This document shows, piece after piece, positions 47,217 through 64,000 of a stretch of DNA of 64,000 nucleotides. The notes below the pieces were generated by a model. The model worked only from the letters and a program-made list of their open reading frames with translations, ran no database searches and had not been told where the DNA came from. The translations under genes were made by a program, and so were the position numbers. Source of the DNA: Macrostomum lignano (taxonomy: Eukaryota); contig NIVC01000405.1 in assembly GCA_002269645.1 (NCBI GenBank), forward strand, positions 1 to 64,000, given 5' to 3'. Numbering within the stretch: the stretch's first letter is position 1; each line of letters begins with the position of its first letter.

Positions 47217-50200
47217 ATTTTTAGTTAAAAGCTGTTGTAAAAGAAAATCTGTTTGAATTATTTATTTTCTGAAGCCACAGGACTTCTGGTATATTGCTGT
47301 GTGTAATAATAGGTACATTGACCAGTTACTCAGAAAAAGTATGAGAATAAAATGTCTATAATGAAATAAACAACATTTTGCCTAATAAGCACTATAATTA
47401 TTTTTTGCCAAATAAAACATTTTTATAACTTCTTTATTTAACCAATTTATTTGTCTAATAAGCCATTTTACCTTTTTATCTAGTATATATTTGAGTTTTG
47501 TTAAAAACTAATCTAATATACCAAAAAGCCTAAACTTTTGCCATAATGCCTACAGAAGACAGTCATAAGCCTAATTCATAGGAAGACTATATAATTTTTT
47601 GCTATCTTTTTTAAATTAGTACTTTAAATTCGTTTTTCCTCTTATAGTAGACTTATTTAATATATTAAAAGCTATAGTCTAGACATACATGCATAGTCCC
47701 TCTGATTTATACTGGCCATGTGACCTACTTTTTGACCAAAAAATGCAACTTACCTATGAAAGAAACACTAAAACAAAAGTTAATGCAATTTTGGATGAAT
47801 GGCAAAAGTAACTATGACTAATTAAGGCTAAATGCCTTCTCAACTAATCAATACTGCATCTATATTTTTGGGTTAGCATTTTTTTTAGCCAGAGGATTCA
47901 TTCTAGCACAGATATGCTATCCTGACTATGGACTAGGCAATTCCATAAGCATACATGCCTAATATCTGTCTAACCTGTCTAAACCAAATAGGTAAAATGG
48001 CCATTGGCCAAGGTAAGTTGCAAAATTGAAAATTCAAAAAAACTAAAAATTGGGGGAAGAAAGAAAGGAAAGGAAGAGAAAAGGAAAAGAGAGGATAGAG
48101 AAAAGAAAAAAGGAAAAGAAAGGTGAGAAAGAGAAAAAGAAAAGAAGAGAAAAAGGCAAAAAAGCTTATATACAAAATGAACATTAAGTTGAAATTGGAG
48201 GAACTAAGTCGCAATCAAGAGGAACTAAGTTGCACCAGATGGGTGAAATTTTGAGGTTGGGCCACTGTATGTCCACAAGTATGATGATCATAGGTTTTAG
48301 AATATAATGTTGAATTGTAATATGAAAAAAATTGTACTAGTTTTGTGGTCCTTAAATAACAAGTCTACATTGTAATTTATAGAAAAAAGGTTTTTAGAAC
48401 TATATTTTTATTTAAAATTGAATGAGGCACATTTTAGTAGGTATGACAATTGTAGCCACAGAAACATGCCCACATGGAGACAAAAAATGCTTTTGAATTC
48501 CTGAAAATTTTTGTTTTACTGAGCATCTAAAATGTTTTTTTTTCTAAAATATAACATGTATACCTAGGCCTACTGTAAAACACAAAGAATAGAATGATTT
48601 GCTTGTCTAGATTATTTTATTCAACTTATTTAATGGTGATAGTCATAGTGTAACAGTTGTAGCCTTAAATATGAGTGATCAATAAAGTTTATAAAATTGG
48701 AATATATTAAATACTATTATATTATATTATACTATATACTATTTACTATTTACTTTACTATATATTACTTATTATACTTAATATCTATTCCTAAATCTAT
48801 TCCTAAACCTAAACTTAAGGGTTAGGTTTAGGCTAGAGTTAAGGTTAGAAGGTTGATAGATTTTTTTTAGATTTCAAGGCTTAAAGGAAGCATTGCTGAG
48901 ATATCAAGAGGGAAGTTAATGTTAAGGCTTGTGGGAGGAATTACTGATATGTCAAAGCTTATAAGGGACTACTGAGGTATAGGCCTATTGCAAAGAGATA
49001 TTATATTTAGTTTATTATAAAACATGTATTATATTTTTTGATCCCAATGGGAGATGCTACTTGTTAGTAACATATCTATATTTAATACTAACTAAGTTAA
49101 TAACTGTATTTAATATTAAGGCTTAATACCTTGTCATCTAATTAGTACTATGTGCAAATTACTTGCTCTTTTCAGGTAAGCCCTTTTGCAATGTTCCTTG
49201 GCTAGGCCCTTTGCTAGCTAGCCAGATCAATCAGTTTACCAAATGTTTAGGGAATAAATTTATATTTTATTCCCTAAGCAAATATTCAAATGAAAATAAG
49301 TAGGCCTAACTATTGAGAAATATAAAAAGGGGCCTATATAAAATATATGTATGCTTAACTAGGCCTTAACTTAAAAACAAAATTGTTAATAGTCAACAAA
49401 GTTTTAATTTTTGATCTAGTAATAACCTACTCATGGAATTGCCCAATTAGTCCCTACAATATTCAATGTATAAAATGCGCAGATGCGCAACAAAGGTTAG
49501 GCCTAAGCAAAAATGTACTTAGGGGCCATCATTTCTATATTAATATTATACATAGCATTTTTAATGTGCACTACTATGATAGGGGCCTAGCCATAGTCAG
49601 GATCAGGATCATGTCATGGTATATGCTGGAATAAAAAAGTCCTCTAAAAAATCTATACCACTTCATACTGAAACGTATGCCAAGGTCCTAGGAACTTACG
49701 CCAGGTTTTCTAGGCTTTGCGACAATAAATGACCTTTTTTGCGTGTTACAAAAATTTCTTTTTCTTCAAATAAATTATTTAACAAATGTGTGGTTTTAAT
49801 TCAAAGTAAATTGGCTTACAGATAATGCCAACAAAAATCAATTTTTTGTTTAAGTTTTTTTAGAAAATTACACGATTAGTCTGCATGGAATTTTAAATTT
49901 TTATAAATCACAAATAGTTATGAACTTAATCATCTTACGAGTTTTACTGTTTTTAAGGTTTTATAATAAGATTCTCAGGTTACGGCATTATGCCAACAAT
50001 TGTTAGTATTAACTTTGGCATGAAGGTTGGAGTTGGCATATGCTACTTGGCGTATTTACGCCACGGCGTCACTCCAAAAGGTACGCCAAATATATTTTGC
50101 CTCATTTTTTATGCCAACTGTACGCCAAAAAAAGTCCGGCGTAATGTACATCATCTTGACTATGGGGGCCTAAAAAGGTAAAAGGATAAAATGATAAAAG

Positions 50201-51739
50201 GTCAAAGAAGGTCATTTAATATACTATGACAACCATGACATTAGAAATAAGGTTTTATTTTTTTAATATTAAACTACCACTGTATATTATTAGACATAAT
50301 AATAATATACAATCTAAACTATGGTATATAAATGGCACATAGATCTTTTCCCAAAAATTATTCTAGCACACACTGTGCCACCTTCCTGACTATGATTATA
50401 GTTGCCATTGCCATACATATGGCCTATTTTTGGCCATACCATAGGCAGGCCTATGGAATGGCAACTATAAAAACAATAGTTTTGTTATATAGGCCTATAT
50501 ATATATATATATATATATGGTGCGCGGTATAAATAAATATATAAATATGCTTAGCCAGCTTAGGCCTAGGCCTACATTAGGTTAAAAGCTTATGCTCCGA
50601 TAGTTTCTTACACACTGAGCATATAAACTATCATTTTCCTATTTATACAGTCACAATAGCAAGTGCATTTTATTCATGTAGAAATAAGCCTTAGCTTAGT
50701 TAGACTAGGCCCCTGGGCGGTCTAGGCCTAATCTTTACAAATAATGATTAAAAGTTTTTATCAGGGGCAAGGCGACGCAAAAAAGTAGGAAAACTACAAT
50801 TAGTAAGTTGACACACTTTGTAGCTAAAACCTTTTTCACAATGCCGCAGACACTGCGAAAGAAGTTTTGCTTGCATAAAGCAATTTTTTTCAAGAAGCTA
50901 TAACTAACTGATAGAGAACTATATTTTAAAATTTGTTGTGCAAATCTTCAATTTTGAATATTTTATTTTTTTAAAGTTACAGTATAATAAAAAATTACAG
51001 AAATATTAAAGATAATTTTCAACAAGCGTTCTCATATATCACTTTCTGACCTAATTGTTAGAATTTTTGGCAAAAGTATTAGAGTTTGCATTACAACAGT
51101 GTTTAACAAAACATCATAAAAATTCTTAAGAAATGCAAGTTTTTAATTGACTGACTGATAAGTCTTCTGACACTCAGCGACACGAGCTCGACTTCCATCG
51201 ACGAAATTAAAAGCGTCATATTTTTAATATTAGCAAAATAATCCTACATATCAATAATGAGTTTTTGTCTCTAGGTGAGGTGTCAAATCATTATTAATCT
51301 ATCTAGTCTAGCATTATCTAAACGTGGTCGCCGTTTGAACTTGCGTGTTGCAGCGTTGTGATTGTGATTAAGGAGGAAACTAGGCCTGCGTTTCCTGAAA
51401 AATTTAAAAGGCAAGGTTTTACTGAAAAATACATAACGAGGATAGGAGGTACAAAAATGAAAATTAGTAGGGGCCTACTGCTTTTGATAGGAGGGAGCTA
51501 GGCTATGGCATTGTTCATTGTCCAGGTGACCCATTGTTCATTTTTGGATAGGCCTAGGCCTATGTCTTGCATTTCTTTATAGCTCTGTTGATATTCATAA
51601 ACATTTTTATTTCTAGAGTAGACCTAGGGCTAGGAGCTGTCCTATATGCCAGAATTTTTCTAGCATGCATTTATCCTTTTATTGTTCATTGGACATATTT
51701 GACATGCTTGAATCTAAAAAAACTTGTATTTGGTTGGCA

Positions 51740-51938
51740 CAGTGGCACAACCAGGGGGGGGGGCGGGGGTGGTCGCCCCCCCCTTAGGTGGGGGACTGAA
51801 AAAAATCAAAGGAGAGACAAAGCAAATTTTCGCCAAAAACAAAGGCACAGAGCACCCCTCCACTGCCCCCCTCCTGGACTTTACCCTCAGAATCTGCCCC
51901 CGCCCCCCCCCCTTGAAAAATTTCTAGTTGAGCTACTG
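51740..51938. mobile_element. hAT-like MITE (degenerate)
   Basis: Ends cagtggcacaaccag / ctagttgagctactg (12/15 inverted match), G-run and C-run subtermini, flanks ggttggca / attcggca (partial 8-bp TSD). Confidence 0.5.
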
Positions 51939-54501
51939 ATTCGGCATACAATATACAAAAGTAGGCAATTGTCAAGTTCCATTCATTAAAGGAATCTCCA
52001 GATTAAGACTTAGGCATGGCAACCAAGATAGACCCAAGCATAACTATCAATGAACTGATCACCTTGATGATATTAGATTGCATATTATAGCTGTCATCAT
52101 AGCAAGGTCTCACATAGTTATTTCCATATCACACAAAGCCAATGCTAGATGCACTTGTGCAGGAAGAACAATAAACAATGATGCAGGAGAGCGTCCAGCC
52201 ATGACATTAAAAAGTTAAGTACTGTAGCTGATAAACTTAAGACTTTATTTCTATTTATTAATTATTTATTAACTTGTTAAAGACCATAGAAGTTTGGATT
52301 GGACTAGACCATAGACATTTTTTAAGTTGCAAAATATATAGTATATTATCATAAGAAAATATACCAAAGTCACATTTCCAATTTTATGGTAGATATTAGA
52401 TGCTTTCAAAACAATGGCCAATATGCAATACATAGAGAAAGAAGATTTTAATATAAATAGGTGAGTAGATTTTTCCTAAATGCATCTAGACTGACTTTGC
52501 AATAAAATTATATAGAATTAAAATTCAACAAAAAACTATATAACAAAGAGAAAAATACATATAAATATATTTTATTAAAAGGATGATATAATAGACAAGG
52601 CTTCTTATTATTTACCTTATTATCTATATATGTTTCTTCTATTATATATAAATAATTGTATTTTCCCTAAATTGGCTATCTATATAGAAGTCATATCTAT
52701 TTCTGATATAACTAAAGGCTTCTCTTCCTATCTAATTTTATTTTATAGGCCTTGCAATTATATTACTATTTCACTATAGTTTTGCCTAGGCCTAGGAACT
52801 AGCTAGTATTTAATTTCATAAAAAATGGTAAGTTTTGGTATGAAAAGTCAAAAATAAAAAAATATTGTAAAAATATATTAAATTCTACTTATGAAGGCTT
52901 CTTTACCACTAGAAAAAAGTAGTTTTTGCATCATCTAAATATAAATATAAAACCATTATATAGCCAAAACTCATCTAGTTATCTTGTAATAAGCTTGGCA
53001 AGTGTAGCTAGCTTTGATGCTTTTGATGAATGTCTTGACTAGCCACTTTAAAGTACTATAGGCTAGAAAGGCTGAATGTGTCATTTATCCACACTAGAAA
53101 ATTTAGATAGTCCATTAGCTTGCACTCTTATAGTAGTATTTACAAGAGATGGATATTCCCATAAGTCCTTTCCCTTTTAAGTATTAGCTTAGGCTATAGG
53201 GGTCTAATTGCAAAACAGTTTTATACTATGAACTTATATCATTAAAAGCCACATGTTTTATTGTGAAGGTCTGACCATAGATTTGAAAAAGCAACAAACA
53301 GAAATAGTTGCACACTATATAATAGTATTAAAAATGTTGCCACAAAATCTGCTTTGTCAATGTCAGATATGGCTTTATCCTTCGGTGGATGATTAACAAG
53401 TCTTACATGTTGTCATCAGATTGATAGGATGTATTTTCCGCATAGCCACTAGTAAAGATCACACCTTTCCTATCAATAGTGTAGGATGTCAATTGCCTTC
53501 CCATAATCCCATTGAACTCATACTATTGAATTGCTGGTGTTTTTTGGCATCCAACTTATCATCCTAATAGCTTCTAAAACTTGGAATCAAGAACCATCTG
53601 GTCAATGATTGTGCATGTTTAGCTGTCAAAATTTAACATCATTTTGGATATTAAATTTGGGCTAGACATGATCCCAGATATTGCTCTTTCTATTAACAGA
53701 AACTTACTTTTTTTATTGGCCCAGCTAGCCTGTTTAAACATATAATATTAGCCTTCACATGCTACTTTGCATTTGCCACAATTTGCTGCACTGAAGTACA
53801 CAGTGATTGGAAGAGCTTTTCATGTTATTTGCTTGTCAATAGCAACCAAATCGATTCAGTTGATTCTAGACCAAAGCAAGATGTTTACTATGTCTAGAAG
53901 TAGGACAGGAATGTTGGCAATAATTTGAACAAATTGTGGTATTTTTAGTAACTGTTCTTATTTATACAGCAAACACCCAGTTACTGATATATGAGGGGTG
54001 TTGCAAAAGTTTCCAGATTGTATTCTCTGTGGACAGCAGGATTGTTTACATAAGTTTAAATTTGACCTACATTCTCTTTTATGTTTGTTTTATTGATGCA
54101 TAAAGTTTCACAGAAATACCATGTGCCTGCCGAAAGTTTGAGCATTTTAGACCTGTACTCAAGAAGTTTGAAGGTTGCACTTCTTTGATGCTTGCAAAAT
54201 GGCATATTTGTTTCGAAAGCATCCTGGGTATGCCTTGAAATGGCATTTAAATTAGCTAATAAGTGAATAAATTATTGAATCCATATTTATTGCGTGTCCT
54301 TCTCTGCTTCTCAATATAATGTTGCATGTATGCTTTTGGTCCATAAAAGAAACGAATCGTGAAAGAAATAAAATAAGTTAGCTAATACTAGATACTACTA
54401 ACTAGTAGCAAAACATGCACTGCAACATTTCTTATATTGTAATATTTTTTTTACTATACCCTAATTGCAGAGAGGTTAAACTAGCTCTAAAAATATCCAA
54501 T

Positions 54502-54987
54502 ATGTCAACATCTGCGGTTAGCAACAGTAGCGGCAGCAGTGGTGCCGCGCCTAGCAAAAAAAACGTACAAGAGGCTGTCAATCAGTTCAACGTGCTGCGC
54601 GAAGAGCAGCGTCAAATTGGTATGCGAATCAACCAGATGGAGATGGAGGCCCGCGAATTCGGCCTAGTTATTGACGTGTTAGAGAAAGTCCAACCAGATA
54701 GGAAGTGCTATCGCATGGTTGGCAGCGTGTTAGTTGAACGCACAGCCGGGGAAGTCCTGCCAACTCTGTCTACCAATCGGGAACAGATGCTGGCTCTTGT
54801 TGAACAGATGAAACAGCGCCTAGAAGACAAGGGCCGCGAATTGAACGAATTTAAAGAGAAGCACGGAATCCGGCTGGCTGGCGAACGGCCTAGCGATGCG
54901 GCTGCCGCAGGCGGTAGCGGTGGCAGCAGCGGCAGCAACAAGCCCGATGGAGACAGCGGATCTGGGGGCGGTGTATTGGTGGCTTAG
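54502..54987 (+). CDS. PFDN2: Prefoldin subunit 2, 161 aa, intronless CDS
   Basis: FNVLREEQRQIGMRINQMEMEAREFGLVIDVLEKVQPDRKCYRMVGSVLVERTAGEVLPTL...LEDKGRELNEFKEKHGIRL...GVLVA matches PFDN2; acceptor ttgcag upstream. Confidence 0.95.
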   Translation: MSTSAVSNSSGSSGAAPSKKNVQEAVNQFNVLREEQRQIGMRINQMEMEAREFGLVIDVLEKVQPDRKCYRMVGSVLVERTAGEVLPTLSTNREQMLALVEQMKQRLEDKGRELNEFKEKHGIRLAGERPSDAAAAGGSGGSSGSNKPDGDSGSGGGVLVA

Positions 54988-55084
54988 CAATCTATTTATT
55001 AATAATGAACTACTACGGCAAATATTGTGTTCGTTTAAACCTAGGGCTTTATTAAAATGCTTTCTTAAAAATTATTAGAAACCA

Positions 55085-55415
55085 GTTTCATAGCGAAAAG
55101 TCCCATAGCAACGGTTCTATTCTTAGAAATGAGTCGCATAGCAACGGGTCTACTCTTAGAAATGAGTTGCATAGCAACGGGTCTATTCTTCGAAATGAGT
55201 CGCATAGCAACGGGTCTACTATTCTTAGAAATGAGTCGCATAGCAACGGGTCTACTCTTAGAAATGAGTTGCATAGCAACGGGTCTATTCTTCGAAATGA
55301 GTCGCATAGCAACGGGTCTACTATTCTTAAAAATGAGTCGCATAGCAACGGGTCTATTCTTAGAAATGAGTCTCAAAGCAGTAGCAACGGGTCTATTTTA
55401 AGAAATGAGTCTCAT
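55085..55415. repeat. ~30-bp minisatellite (agaaatgagtcgcatagcaacgggtctattctt)
   Basis: About 10 units just 3' of PFDN2. Confidence 0.93.
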
Positions 55416-55894
55416 AAAAACGAGTTTAATTTGGGGAAATTTAATTTGTCGCTATTGTGCTTTATTTTCACATTTAAAGTAGAATTTTGCTTCCTTTCTA
55501 AGCCTTCTTTCCCATTGTAACTCTGGTTCCGACCACCCGATGCGAGTTCTGCAGCCGTGGCTTTATTTTTACTATGATTGATTTCTCGGTTATGTTAATT
55601 TTAGTTCTGAAAAAAACAATTTACATTATACTTTTGCTACTGTTTTTTGTTAACATTGCCTAATTATCGCTCTGTTTGAATGTCACGTGACTGGCAATGC
55701 TGGCTATTATATTAATTATATTGGAAAAGAACAGAATTGCTTGACGTTGCAGCTACTAATGTTATTATTACGCTCGTATTTAATTGTTAGCAAAAGCTTG
55801 GAAAGTTGTCAAATATTTAATTCTTACATTAGAATCGTCATCTTAATCCTTAGATTCTTACTTTTTGATTCTCAGATTTATTGCGTCATATTGA

Positions 55895-56080
55895 ACCGCC
55901 ATTTACCCTTTTCTGATCCCTGATATTAAACCATCATTCACCCTTTCTGATTCTTCTTATTGAACCGCCATTTACCCTCTCTGATCCCTCATATTGAACC
56001 GCCATTTACCCTCCCTGATCCCTCATATCTAACTGCCGCTGACCCTCTCTGATCCCTCATATCTAACTGCCACTCAGCCC
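55895..56080. repeat. ~29-bp degenerate tandem repeat (attgaaccgccatttaccctctctgatccctc)
   Basis: About 6 units. Confidence 0.8.
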
Positions 56081-56234
56081 CAATGATTCTCATTCTCATC
56101 TACTACTCGGTCCGTTAAGTTGGAAATGTGCTAAATAGTTTGAAGTTTGAAATGAAATTAAGTAAAGGTATGTAACTAAATCCGCTTATATATTCCCCCA
56201 TAAACAACTCTTCATGATCCCAGATGACAATCGA

Positions 56235-61838
<5,604 letters not shown>

Positions 61839-62079
61839 GTTTGTGCTCACCTGAATTCATCCATGTATTTTTAACCAAATACGCATGATGGCATAGATAA
61901 TGGATTATGTAAATAACTCTGTTGATTATGTGTCTCTCTAGTCTTAAAGTAGTGTTTTGAGAATATTGTATCTGAGGTCGGCAAAATCCGGCCCGCAAAG
62001 TCTCTTTACTCGGCCCTCAGGTCCTTTAAAACTTAACAATAGCAATCCGGCCTGCTCAGGGTTTGTGTCTCTTCTCAGC

Positions 62080-62575
62080 TCTCTTATCTCTCTCTCCCAT
62101 CTTCTCTCCTCTCTCCCCTCCTCTCCTCTCTTCTCTCCCCTCTTCTCTCCCCTCTTCTCTCTTCTCTTTTCTCTCCTCTCTCCCGGGGCGTCTCCCCTCT
62201 TCTCTCCCCTCTTCTCTCCTCTCCTCTCTCCCCTCTCCTCTCTTCTCTCCCCTCTTCTCTCCCCTCTTCTCTCCCCTCTTCTCTCCCATCTTCTCTCCTC
62301 TCTCCCCTCCTCTCCTCTCTTCTCTCCCCTCTTCTCTCCTCTCTTCTCTCCTCCCTCCCCTCTCCTCTCTTCTCTCCCCTCTTCTCTCCCCTCTTCTCTT
62401 CTCTCCTCTCTTCTCTCCTCTCTCCCCTCCTCTCCTCTCTTCTCTCCCCTCTTCTCTCCTTTATCCCCTCTCCCCTCTTCTCTTCCCTATTCCCTCTTCC
62501 CTCCCCTCTCCTCTCTTCTCTCTCCCCTCTTCTCTCCTCACCCCTTTCCTCTCTCCTCTCTGCCCTCTCCCCTCT
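62080..62575. repeat. CT-rich polypyrimidine tandem tract (ctcttctctccc)
   Basis: Read directly. Confidence 0.93.
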
Positions 62576-63479
62576 TAAGACATCAAGACATGGTACATTG
62601 AGTTAAATACTTGCTGTTCATTCTTATCTCCATATGCTCCTGAGGTCGCAAACCTCCAGAAAGGAAAAGAAACTTCAGCTGCCACAATAAATTTAGGTAA
62701 CACTGTGCAGACAAACTACTGAAGAAAAGAGTAGACGCTCTGTTTTTTTCACAACTTTAATAGCGAGTGTGACAGAAAAACTAGTATCTCTGCTTTAGTC
62801 AACATCTACAGGTCCTTAATTAAGCTGCCACACTGTTAAAATTATGATAATTACGTACAACTGACTTTTTGACAACAAATTATATTTATAATATTCTCAA
62901 CGCTCTATTAAAATCATATAAGCGCATGTACACCATTGATTGAAACATGTGCTTTAAAGTATTTACAAATCAAGTTAAGTGATTTAAATCACAGAAACGC
63001 TTGTTTAAACTACTTTTGTTAGTAGTCTGAACAAGCATAACTTTAGTGTAGTAATACTTTCACTTATCTAATTAACACACTCATTACCTCCTTACTCCAC
63101 TATACTTTAAAATTAAATTATTTATTTTTAATTCAATAATTGATTCCAATATAATTTTTATCAAAAATTAAAAAATGCTGCCACAAAAATATCGATATTT
63201 TCTTATCAACATCTATTGATTGTTTTGTTAAAATTTTTATTCAATATTTCAGCCTACGGATATGGAACATTAGGCTACAAAGGTGAAGAAAGTCATTCGA
63301 ATTTATAATATTGCTCTTTAGTTTTAATAAAAGGTGCTCCGTATGTGTGATTTTTAATGTAGCTTTCATCAATTAATGTAGTCTTTATACTAATCTTTAT
63401 TTTGCTCATTATTTCTTGCCTAATGTAATTCACTTTTTCGTGTTGTGCTGGTATAAAGTGTGGTGTGTCATGTATTGTA

Positions 63480-63545
63480 CGACAGACATACAGACAGACA
63501 GACACTAAAACAGACAGGCAGACAGACAGACAGACAGACACTAAA

Positions 63546-63592
<47 letters not shown>

Positions 63593-63632
63593 CTAAAACA
63601 GACAGACAGACAGACACTAAAACAGACAGAAA

Positions 63633-63724
<92 letters not shown>

Positions 63725-63847
63725 CTAAAACAGACAGAAAGACAGACAGACAGACAGACACTAAAACAGACAGGCAGGCATACAGACAGACAGAGAGACA
63801 GACACTAAAACAGACAGACAGACACTAAAACAGACAGAAAGACAGGC

Positions 63848-63936
<89 letters not shown>

Positions 63937-64000
63937 CTAAAACAGACAGACAGACAGACAGACACAGACAGACAGACAGACAGACACTAAAACAGACAGG
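63480..64000. repeat. (CAGA)n microsatellite with CAGG blocks and cactaaaa interruptions
   Basis: Runs to the window end. Confidence 0.95.

Noticed and set aside
47300-54400. Scattered short ORFs, tacgcca repeats (~49650-50150) and a mariner-like end (~53990)
   Set aside because: AT-rich decayed sequence; no matching second terminus or protein motif found.

Overview
This is eukaryotic (metazoan) genomic DNA with GT-AG spliceosomal introns. Most of the supplied ORF track is noise from repeats, antisense frames or TTG/GTG starts. The minisatellite-packed introns and Ala/Ser/Gln-rich exons resemble the flatworm Macrostomum, but that is an inference from style only. Left half (1-24.4 kb) is mostly mobile DNA: the 3' part of an RTE-type LINE, a truncated CCHC-type LINE end, a 6.07-kb palindrome (two ~2-kb inverted arms around a spacer holding an AP-1/CRE/MEF2/TATA promoter), a foldback element with a 9-bp TSD, an orphan 153-aa ORF, and a complete 9.08-kb CMC-EnSpm transposon (TIRs, 2-bp TSD, transposase, second spliced gene). 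Right half holds host genes: an FN3 + septin/AIG1-like GTPase + Cys-rich gene; canonical MGST3; an unannotated divergent MAPEG paralogue lacking the glutathione-binding residues; a 9-exon KMT2E/SETD5-like PHD-SET gene; PFDN2; and the 5' part of a MICAL-like gene. Several frameshifts are single-base indels, one in a homopolymer, so they may be assembly errors. Splice models were built by hand with phase checks and are not transcript-confirmed. No database searches were run.
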